DNA from: an uncultured Gammaproteobacteria bacterium
GTDB lineage: Bacteria > Patescibacteriota > Patescibacteriia > UBA1558 > S5-K13
Reading direction: 5' to 3'
DNA length: 62,067 nucleotides
Assembly (NCBI GenBank): GCA_964486685.1
Contig: CAZAOE010000005.1
Coordinates: 1 to 62,067 of the forward strand
Below, one piece after another: positions 41,120 through 49,010 of the stretch (the first letter of the stretch is position 1; every line of letters begins with the position of its first letter). The notes under the pieces were generated by a model. That model was not told the DNA's origin, did no database searches, and saw only the letters and a list, made by a program, of their open reading frames with translations. The translations under genes were made by a program, and so were the position numbers.

Positions 41120-42589
41120 TTATTTTTTAACTTTGGATTTCTTAACTTTAGATTCTTTGGTCTTTAATTTTTTCTCTTTGCCTTGGTCCTCTTCACTTTG
41201 GTCGAGGTCTTTGACAAGACCTTTGGTGGTTTTTTTACCCTTCTTAATTTCTTCCTCATTCGCTAAAACTTTGGAGGACAGCTGTTTTTTAGTTTCTTGT
41301 TTTTCTGTTCCTTCGTTCTTTGGTCCTCCCTGCGCTGAAGCTTTGGGAGGTAAATCTTTTATTTCTTTGTCCTTTAGTTCTTTTGTTTCTTTGTCCTCTG
41401 GTTCCTTTGTTTCCTTGTCCTCTGGTTCCTTTGTTTCCTTGTCCTCTGTAGCTTTAGCGAAAGAGGATTTGTCCTTTGGTTCCTTAGTTTTTTTGGAACC
41501 TTTTAAAGAAAGTCCTAAACGATGTTCTCTAGTATCTAAATTTATAATTGTAAATTTGTATTCTTCTCCAATATTAACTACGTCTTCTGGACTATTAATA
41601 ATATTAGAACTCAACTCTGAAATATGGGCTAAGCCATGAATATCTTTATCTAATTCTACAAAGGCCCCAAAAGGATTTATTTTTAAAACCTTTCCCTTAA
41701 CCGTTGCTCCAACCTGATATCTTTTTTCAATATCCTTCCAAGGATCTAATATTAATCTTTTAATACTCAAAGAAATCCTACCCCCGTCAACAGAAATAAT
41801 TTCGGCCTTAACTTTGTCTCCAACTTTTACCACATCATTAGGGTCATCTATTCTTTGCCAAGCCAATTCAGAAATATGTACTAAGCCCTCTAAGTTATCA
41901 CCAAACTCTACAAAGGCCCCAAAATTTGCCACTCCAGTAATTCTGCCTGCTATAATTTTACCAACCTTATATTCTTCTAAAGTTTTCTTTTGATCTTCGG
42001 CCCAAGCGGCCTTTTGAGAAACAATTAATTTTAATTCTTTTTCATCAACATCAATCACCACTACTTTAAAATCCTGCCCTAAAAAACTTTTTAAATGTCC
42101 TAAAATTTTACTTTTATCACCACCTTCAACTCGCGGATAATACTTAGTAGTTAATTGCGAAACAGGCAAAAAACCCATTACATTGCCAACCTTTACCATT
42201 AATCCACCTTTATTAGCATCTATAACTTTAACATCTACTACTTCTTCTTCTTTCATTAATTTTTCTAGATTTTCCCAGGCCTGTTGATGGCCAGCATATC
42301 TAAATGATAGCTCCATCATTCCTTTTTCATTATCCAATTCTATAACAGTGGCTACGGCCTTGTCGCCAATTTTAAAATTTCCACCGCTTTCAGATTCATC
42401 ATAAATTTCCCCTCCTCTTACTAACCCTGAAGCAATGCCTTTATAATCTAAAACCACCTCATTTTTTCCAATAGAAATAACCTGACATTCAATTAAATCA
42501 CCAATTTGCGGTAATTTAATTTCGTCATGGCTTGCTAAAATTTTTCCAAAAGCAGTTTTGCTTTTATCTTTAATGTCTTGTGTACTCAT
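41120..42589 (-). CDS. rpsA: 30S ribosomal protein S1 (4 S1 domains) with repeat-derived tail
   Basis: NKGGL, FLP.SQL, FGAFV twice, GL.HISEL twice; start at ATG 42589; tail includes 24-bp tandem repeat EDKETKEP. Confidence 0.9.
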   Translation of the reverse strand: MSTQDIKDKSKTAFGKILASHDEIKLPQIGDLIECQVISIGKNEVVLDYKGIASGLVRGGEIYDESESGGNFKIGDKAVATVIELDNEKGMMELSFRYAGHQQAWENLEKLMKEEEVVDVKVIDANKGGLMVKVGNVMGFLPVSQLTTKYYPRVEGGDKSKILGHLKSFLGQDFKVVVIDVDEKELKLIVSQKAAWAEDQKKTLEEYKVGKIIAGRITGVANFGAFVEFGDNLEGLVHISELAWQRIDDPNDVVKVGDKVKAEIISVDGGRISLSIKRLILDPWKDIEKRYQVGATVKGKVLKINPFGAFVELDKDIHGLAHISELSSNIINSPEDVVNIGEEYKFTIINLDTREHRLGLSLKGSKKTKEPKDKSSFAKATEDKETKEPEDKETKEPEDKETKELKDKEIKDLPPKASAQGGPKNEGTEKQETKKQLSSKVLANEEEIKKGKKTTKGLVKDLDQSEEDQGKEKKLKTKESKVKKSKVKK

Positions 42590-43070
42590 ATTAATTATAA
42601 ATTTAAATTTACAATTTTCATTTCTCAATTTTCATTTAATAATCAATATTACAATGCTCAATTCTCAAAATTTGTTAATGGTAATTTAAAATTAAATCAT
42701 TGTAAATTAAATTCAAATTGAAAATTTATAATTGAAAATTAAAAAAAGACCTTTTAATTATTAATTGCCTGCATTAACTGGTCTAAAGCCAATCCAGGTT
42801 TCTATATATTAGTATATAATCAGAAAAAAAGCAAGAGTTAGCCATAGTTATAGGCCTTAAGCCGTAAGATATTTTAGAAAACAATCTAACTCCTCAACAA
42901 GCTCAAGGTCCACGACAATTTAACAATTTAACAGTTTAACAATTTAATTCTAATTTACAAAAAAATAGAATAAGGGTAAGATTAAAATATAATAATTCCT
43001 TTATTTAAAATTTAAAGGTCAACAAGTTCGGATATAAGAAGTTAGATGAAATAATTATTTTTTAATTTTT

Positions 43071-43592
43071 ATGTGGAAGACATCCTCATCGAAAGAAATT
43101 TTTAATCATCCCCGCTTAACCCTAATTGAAGACGAGGTAATTTTGCCTAATGGTGTTCAAATAACATATCTAAAATATAAAGACGATGGCGGTTGTTGTG
43201 CAACAATTATTGCTAAAAATGATGATGGCAAAATTCTGATACAATGAGAGTATTCTTATCCAACAAACCAAAAACTTTTTCAATTTCCAGGTGGTGCAGT
43301 TCCAGCGGGTGAAAAACCGGAAATTGGTGCCAACAGAGAACTTATGGAAGAGATGGGTCTTAAAGCAGACCACCTTAAGCTACTAGGAAGCTATTTAATA
43401 AACAATAGGCGTTCAGCAATGAAAATGTTTGTCTATTTGGCCACTGACTTGATAGAAGAATCACTTAATGCTGATCCGGAGGAAAATATAGAAAGTTTTT
43501 GGTTTTCAGAAGATGAGATAGTGAGGATGATTAAAAATGGAGACATAATTAATATTCATTCACTAGCGTCGTGGTGCCTGTATAAAAATTAA
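43071..43592 (+). pseudogene. NUDIX hydrolase (ADP-ribose pyrophosphatase-like) with in-frame TGA
   Basis: 174-codon frame from ATG 43071; TGA at 43245-43247 (IQ*EY); Nudix box PGG....GE.PE.GA.REL.EEMG. Confidence 0.85.
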
Positions 43593-43710
43593 AAAGAATT
43601 CGCGAGGAAAGTCATGAGGAAACTATTAAACGCATTAAATGGAGTCTTCCTGTTATATCTATGATGACAGAGGAAAGATTTATTAGTAAATAATATTTTG
43701 TGGTTACATC

Positions 43711-43756
43711 GCCTAACACGGAATATCTGGTTCCGCTATCGCTCCGCCCAAATTCT
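43711..43756 (+). other. attC-like left half (R'' core plus L boxes)
   Basis: GCCTAAC (RYYYAAC) 17 nt after a stop codon; imperfect GAATATCTGG/CCAAATTC stem; GTTAGAT (GTTRRRY) at 43041 precedes the NUDIX gene. Confidence 0.5.
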
Positions 43757-43794
43757 CTCCATAATTTTATTTATAAACTAATAATTTATTAAAT

Positions 43795-44886
43795 ATGAAA
43801 TCATCACTATTAAAAACATTTGGCATATCAAAACTGCTTCCTAAAACCGGGAAGCCAGCTTCTACACCAGGAACTATAAAATATTTAGGCAAAAAAAGAG
43901 AGGCCCCTGTGAAAATGCACATTCTTGATTACAATGAAACCAATTTTACAGAAAAAGAAATCAGCTCTATAGCCGAAAGTTTGCCTTTTAAAGAAAGCCC
44001 GAGCGTTACCTGGCTCAATATCACGGGTGTGCATGATGAAAAAATCATCCACGAAATCGGTGAAAAATTTAATATTCACCCGCTGGTGCTTGAAGATATT
44101 GCCAATACAACCCAGCGACCAAAAATAGAAGAATATGATAATTATTTATTTGTTATAGTTAAAATGGCTTACTTCAAAGAAGAAACCAAAGAAATAGTGT
44201 TTGAACAAGTAAGTATTATTATTGGAAAAGATTATCTAATCTCGCTCCAAGAAAAAGAGGGTGATATTTTGGAAGGATTGCGTGAACGTATTCGTAATAG
44301 CAAGGGCAAAATAAGAAAATTGGGGAGTGATTATCTCCTGTATGGAATTATAGATGCAATTGTTGACCATTATTTTTCCGTCCTGGAATATATTGGAGAA
44401 GAAATTGAAAACATGGAAGGTGGGCTGATGAAATCAGCAAATCAAGAATTACTCAATAAAATTTATGTACTCAAACAAGAACTTGTATTTTTACGTAAAT
44501 CAATCTGGCCAATGAGGGAAGTTATAAGTATTCTTCAAAGGGCCGAGCATGAACTAATAAACCAAGACACTTCAATTTATTTACGTGATGTGTATGACCA
44601 TACCATCCAGGTGGTAGAAACCGTGGAAACATTTCGCGATATGACATCAGGAATGCTTGACCTATACCTATCCACTGTTAGCAACAAAATGAATGAAGTT
44701 ATGAAGGTGCTAACCATTTTTGCAGCAATTTTTATACCACTAACTTTTATTGCCGGTGTTTATGGAATGAATTTTGAATTTATGCCAGAACTAAAATTAA
44801 GGATAGCTTATCCTATCTGGTGGGTAGCCGTTATAATATTAACTGTTGGAATGATTATTTATTTTAAAAAGAAAAAGTGGATGTAA
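43795..44886 (+). CDS. corA: Magnesium/cobalt transporter CorA
   Basis: HPL.LEDI, QRPK.E, MNEVMK.LT, YGMNF..MPEL, KKKW. Confidence 0.95.
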   Translation: MKSSLLKTFGISKLLPKTGKPASTPGTIKYLGKKREAPVKMHILDYNETNFTEKEISSIAESLPFKESPSVTWLNITGVHDEKIIHEIGEKFNIHPLVLEDIANTTQRPKIEEYDNYLFVIVKMAYFKEETKEIVFEQVSIIIGKDYLISLQEKEGDILEGLRERIRNSKGKIRKLGSDYLLYGIIDAIVDHYFSVLEYIGEEIENMEGGLMKSANQELLNKIYVLKQELVFLRKSIWPMREVISILQRAEHELINQDTSIYLRDVYDHTIQVVETVETFRDMTSGMLDLYLSTVSNKMNEVMKVLTIFAAIFIPLTFIAGVYGMNFEFMPELKLRIAYPIWWVAVIILTVGMIIYFKKKKWM

Positions 44887-45007
44887 TATTTTTTATTAAA
44901 AAAAATAGAATAAGGGTAAGATTAAAATACTTTCTACTTTCTCCTTTTACCTTGCCTGCCCTCCGAAGCTCGAAGAGCGAAGGGGGGTAACTTTTAACTG
45001 ATTTACC

Positions 45008-45709
45008 ATGACTAAAAAAGCCATTATTAAAAAAACTGAAAATTACGTTAAAAAATGCATGCAAAATCTACCGCCCAATATTCACGACTATAAGCATGTA
45101 GATCGGGTTCGTAAATGGGCCGTTAAAATAGCTAGGGCCGAAAAAAAAGATGTTTTTTTGGCCGAGATGGCTGCTCTCTTACACGACGTTGGCCGTGCTA
45201 AAGAAAAACCGCCTAAAATTTTACACGCAGATATTGGAGCTAAAATGGCTTATAATTTTTTAACTAAAAATTTATCCCCACACCTTAAGAAAGGTGATGG
45301 GGACAAATTAGTTTCTAAAAAAGAAGTTGAACAAATTGCTTATGCTGTAGCTTGCCATGGCCGAGGTGGCAAAGGATGGTTAGTAGAAATCTTACAGGAC
45401 GCTGATAAAATGGATGCTTTTGGTTTAATGGGTGTAATCCGAACTGCCCAGCATGCTTTTAAACTTCCAGAGTATAATGAAAAAAACATTTTAGGCCAAA
45501 CTAAATGGAAAAAGAATCAGTCCACTCAAATTTTAAAAACTAAAAAACATGTTGGTAAAACAATTATAGAAAATCTAAATTACATTATTAGTTGGGATAA
45601 TAATTTACATACTAAAACCGCTAAAAAATTAGCCAAACCCTTTGTTGATTATCTCAAACAAGGCCGAAAATTATTTATTAAACAAATTAATATTAATTCC
45701 CACACCTAA
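45008..45709 (+). CDS. HD domain phosphohydrolase
   Basis: HD..H..RV, AALLHD, H, DADKMDA.G..G..R. Confidence 0.85.
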   Translation: MTKKAIIKKTENYVKKCMQNLPPNIHDYKHVDRVRKWAVKIARAEKKDVFLAEMAALLHDVGRAKEKPPKILHADIGAKMAYNFLTKNLSPHLKKGDGDKLVSKKEVEQIAYAVACHGRGGKGWLVEILQDADKMDAFGLMGVIRTAQHAFKLPEYNEKNILGQTKWKKNQSTQILKTKKHVGKTIIENLNYIISWDNNLHTKTAKKLAKPFVDYLKQGRKLFIKQININSHT

Positions 45710-45751
45710 TTATTTTTAAATTAGTGTTGGGATAAAATAAAATTTTAAACT

Positions 45752-45783
45752 AAAAAAGGTAGCTAAATTAATTTACTACCTTT
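45752..45783. terminator. Terminator between convergent genes
   Basis: AAAGGTAG/CTACCTTT stem with A-run. Confidence 0.6.
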
Positions 45784-46471
45784 AAAATTTTTCTATAATT
45801 TCTTTGGCCTCGGTCAAAGATTTTACAATCTTTAACCTTGGCAAACCGGCTTGCAAAAAATCTTTTTCTTCAGATGCTCCAGAAACCATTCCAATAAAAT
45901 CAATTGGGAACTTGTCAGCCGAAACAAGATCATACTTCACGGTATCTCCAACATATAACATTTCATCTTGGAAAATAGAAAACTCTTTAGCATACTCAAC
46001 TATCAAAGAAAACACCCGATGGTCTGGTTTTAAAAATTTACAATCCTCAGCACCTTGGATAAAAGAAAAAATCTTCTTATCAATGCCAGCAAAATCTAAA
46101 TAGTTTAAAATTGAAAAAACTTTTTTAGATTCTCTAACCCTTGATGAGAGAATAACAATTTTAATTCCTTTTTCCACTAATTCAAGCAGAACTTTCTTGG
46201 CGTCTGGAAAAAAGTTATACCTCATTTCCGATTTGCTAAGCTGGGAATACCGCTCAATAAAAGCATTCTTTTCTCTTTCTGGCCAATTACATTTTTGGGC
46301 CAAAAAATCAACTAATTTTAACCAAGAATTTCCCCAGTCCTGTTTCAATAATTCCAGTGTTGGAATTTTAATTCCTAATTCTCTGGCCAATTTTTGATGG
46401 TTTTGCATTCCTTCCTTTGTTGAATTAAGTAAGGTGCCATCAAGATCAAAAATCACCATTTTAATTTTCAT
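45782..46471 (-). CDS. HAD-superfamily hydrolase
   Basis: FDLDGTL, LSS, KP, YVGD...D. Confidence 0.88.
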   Translation of the reverse strand: MKIKMVIFDLDGTLLNSTKEGMQNHQKLARELGIKIPTLELLKQDWGNSWLKLVDFLAQKCNWPEREKNAFIERYSQLSKSEMRYNFFPDAKKVLLELVEKGIKIVILSSRVRESKKVFSILNYLDFAGIDKKIFSFIQGAEDCKFLKPDHRVFSLIVEYAKEFSIFQDEMLYVGDTVKYDLVSADKFPIDFIGMVSGASEEKDFLQAGLPRLKIVKSLTEAKEIIEKF

Positions 46472-46923
46472 TCTACCAACTCCTCTTCTTTTCTGATCAT
46501 CTCTCTTACTACTTCCAGGACCTTCTTTGGGATTATTGAAAAACCGTCAATATATTGATGATGAGTATTGGCGATATAATCGTCAAAATCCTCATCTATT
46601 TCTTTAAGTTTCTCTTGAAAACCATCTTCTTGATAATCATCTTCAGTGTCAGTAATTGATATAAACAATATTGGGCAATTCAACTTCTCCTCGTGTTCTT
46701 TAAAAAGTTCCAACCCTATTCTCCATCCAGACCGATGTTTTTCATCTAAATTATGAATCACATCAACATGATAAATAATGAGGTCTGGTTTGCTTAAAAA
46801 ATCAAAAGCATCAAGATATTCAAATAACTCCACTTCAAAACCATATAATTTAAAATATTCCTTCCAGGTTTCGGGTCGATTGATTTCTTCCCAGATTATT
46901 ACTATCTTTTTATTGTTTTCCAT
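46468..46923 (-). CDS. Atypical receiver (REC)-like domain protein
   Basis: KIVII, PDLII, G.EL, PILFIS pattern; canonical Asp replaced (LIIYH); own promoter TTGACA-17 bp-TATTCT and GGAGG. Confidence 0.55.
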   Translation of the reverse strand: MENNKKIVIIWEEINRPETWKEYFKLYGFEVELFEYLDAFDFLSKPDLIIYHVDVIHNLDEKHRSGWRIGLELFKEHEEKLNCPILFISITDTEDDYQEDGFQEKLKEIDEDFDDYIANTHHQYIDGFSIIPKKVLEVVREMIRKEEELVE

Positions 46924-47031
46924 CTATCCTCCAACTTTTTTATATTTTTTATTTTAGAACCAAATAGAATAACATTGATATTTTAAAATGTCAAACAAAA
47001 AAGGCAGTAATTAAACTGCCTTGATTCAAAA

Positions 47032-47424
47032 TTATTTTTTTAAATCCAAAATCCTTTCTATAACTTCTACAATATAATCAAATTCTATATTAGAAGACAG
47101 TGCTACGAAATCTCCATCTCTGCTTTCTAAATTCAGTTCTGATTCCATTTCATTATCCGATGTTACAAACAACACTGGACAAAAAGATCTGTTTTTATTT
47201 TTTAAATAGAAATTTAATACCTTATCCGAAAATACTATATTTGTAGCCAAACCATCAATAATTATAATTAACAAATTTAGCCCGGTACCATACTGGTAGA
47301 CATCTCTAAAATCATCTAAAGTATAAAATACTTCACTTTCTATCGTAAGCTCATCAAAATTCAATAAATGGCCTTGAATAATTTTGATTTCATCAATGTC
47401 TTCCCCTAAAATAGCAATTTTCAT
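47032..47424 (-). CDS. Atypical receiver (REC)-like domain protein
   Basis: MKIAILGED, LLIIIIDG, PVLFVTS, ...VIERIL; abuts the plsC stop codon. Confidence 0.55.
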   Translation of the reverse strand: MKIAILGEDIDEIKIIQGHLLNFDELTIESEVFYTLDDFRDVYQYGTGLNLLIIIIDGLATNIVFSDKVLNFYLKNKNRSFCPVLFVTSDNEMESELNLESRDGDFVALSSNIEFDYIVEVIERILDLKK

Positions 47425-48177
47425 TTATGCCTCCCAATATTTAGAAACAATCGTGTTTCTAGTTTTCTCTTTTACTTTTTTAGTTGCCCTTATCTTTTCT
47501 TTGATAGGTAAGGATTTTCTAAAAAAAATTTCTTCATCCAGAAAATCTTTAATTGGATCTAAAAACTCAACAGTAACTTTTCCGGAGTTAATTAGTTTCT
47601 TATTTGTCTTATTATAGATGAAATAACTACCCTTAATTACAACCGGAATAATAACAGCTCCAACTTCATAAGCAATAATAAAGGGACCTCTTTTAAAACG
47701 CGATATTTTATTATCATATCCGCTAGTTCCTTCAGCAAACATGACAACATTAATTCCTTGTTCTAGTGCTTTTTCTATTTTTTCATATGTCTCTTCATCG
47801 GGATTTTTTCTGTCCACGGGTATATTTCCACTTCGTCCTAAAATCCAACCAAAAATCGCTACTTTAAGTAATTCTATTTTAAAAACAATACGAAAAGCTA
47901 TTTTTAATACAAAAACAATAATCGGAGTATCAAAATAAGACATATGGTTGGAAACCAAAATTGCCCCTTGCAAATTTTTTAACTTTTCTAAACCCTTAAC
48001 CTCAACTTCTATTCCACAAAATTCTAAAATAATTCTACTCCAAATAAGACTAAAGGATTGATAAAGTTCCGGTCCTTTTTTCTTACCGCCAATTAGTAAA
48101 AAAAATCCCGCCACCAAAGAGATTGAAGCACTCCATAAAGCTATGAAAATTATCCTTATCAAACTAATGGCATTCAT
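47425..48177 (-). CDS. plsC: 1-acyl-sn-glycerol-3-phosphate acyltransferase
   Basis: NH.SYFD (HX4D), VDR, FAEGT, FK.GPF, IIPV. Confidence 0.88.
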   Translation of the reverse strand: MNAISLIRIIFIALWSASISLVAGFFLLIGGKKKGPELYQSFSLIWSRIILEFCGIEVEVKGLEKLKNLQGAILVSNHMSYFDTPIIVFVLKIAFRIVFKIELLKVAIFGWILGRSGNIPVDRKNPDEETYEKIEKALEQGINVVMFAEGTSGYDNKISRFKRGPFIIAYEVGAVIIPVVIKGSYFIYNKTNKKLINSGKVTVEFLDPIKDFLDEEIFFRKSLPIKEKIRATKKVKEKTRNTIVSKYWEA

Positions 48178-48390
48178 CTCGCCTCCTGCGCCATAAACTT
48201 GAATGAAACGAATAGTTTATGGCTATATTTTTTATTTTTCAATATCTTAATTTAATACTAATTTTAAAATAAGTCAACAAAAAATGCCCTTAAGGGCAAA
48301 TACTTTAAAAAAATAACAAACAACAAATTCCTAATAACAAATAATTTAAAATTTAGTCTGAGATTTGAAATTTGGAATTTAAACTACTTA

Positions 48391-48467
48391 TGGTGCGTCT
48401 ACCTGGACTTGAACCAGGGACCTCGACTTTATAAGAGTCGCGCTCTAACCAGCTGAGCTATAGACGC
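48391..48467 (-). tRNA. tRNA-Ile(TAT)
   Basis: GCGTCTA/TAGACGC acceptor stem, AGCTCAGCTGGTTAGAGC D-arm, CGACT-CTTATAA-AGTCG anticodon arm, GTTCAAGTC, ACCA. Confidence 0.92.
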
Positions 48468-48590
48468 AAAATTAATTTTCAATTTTCAATTTCGAATAAA
48501 TTTCTAATGATTTAATCTTTAATTAATTTAAAATTTTTAAATTTTAAATTCAATTAAAATTTGTAATTTATAATTTATAATTTGAATAAA

Positions 48591-48697
48591 TGGCCGTGCC
48601 ATCCGAAGCGCAAATTAAATATTAATATTTTAAAATATATTATCAATGTCCTCCTTCATATAAAACTACGGAGGACATCCTTCGCTTGCGCGAAGGA
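48591..48697. repeat. Palindromic repeat cluster at the tRNA-Val 3' end
   Basis: TGGCCGTGCCATCCGAAGC, GTCCTCC..GGAGGAC, ATCCTTCGC-TTGC-GCGAAGGAT. Confidence 0.8.
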
Positions 48698-48774
48698 TGG
48701 TGGGCATGCTCGGATTTGAACCGAGGACCTCTACGATGTCAACGTAGCACTCTAACCAACTGAGCTACATGCCC
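48698..48774 (-). tRNA. tRNA-Val(GAC)
   Basis: GGGCATG acceptor stem, CTACG-TTGACAT-CGTAG anticodon arm, GTTCAAATC, ACCA. Confidence 0.95.
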
Positions 48775-48842
48775 ACAAATTAATTTTCAATTATAAAAAG
48801 CTATTAAAAGTATAGCTTAAAAAATAATATTTGTTAATTGTT

Positions 48843-49010
48843 ACCCCGCACCAGCCCCGCTCTGCCTGCCTACCCGCCCTCATTTTACGAAGTAAAATTA
48901 TGACGGGCAGGCAGGCCGAATTTTGCTCCGGCATAGACAGGGGGGGCGATGCGGGGTTTTGCTCCTGCATTGTATTGACAGAAGCCCTCAGCTCCTGCTG
49001 AAGGAGCTTC
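48843..49010. repeat. Multiply nested palindromes
   Basis: ACCCCGCA..TGCGGGGT outer; GCCTGCC..GGCAGGC; CCCG.C..ATTTT/AAAAT..GACGGG inner; GAAGC..GCTTC with AGCTCC/GGAGCT. Confidence 0.8.

Larger units (their letters stand above)
42959..44929. mobile_element. Island bounded by a 31-bp direct repeat, with integron-cassette remnants and corA
   Basis: AAAAAAATAGAATAAGGGTAAGATTAAAATA identical at 42959-42989 and 44899-44929. Confidence 0.7.

Noticed and set aside
43245-43247. Genetic code 25 or selenocysteine readthrough
   Set aside because: TGA serves as the stop for several genes (e.g. 5406, 46468, 58552, 61225), other long ORFs need no readthrough, and the position is not a Cys site.
26322-48391. 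Prophage or integrative element at a tRNA
   Set aside because: No integrase, no duplicated tRNA 3' end, and the interval contains core genes (ftsH, rpsA).
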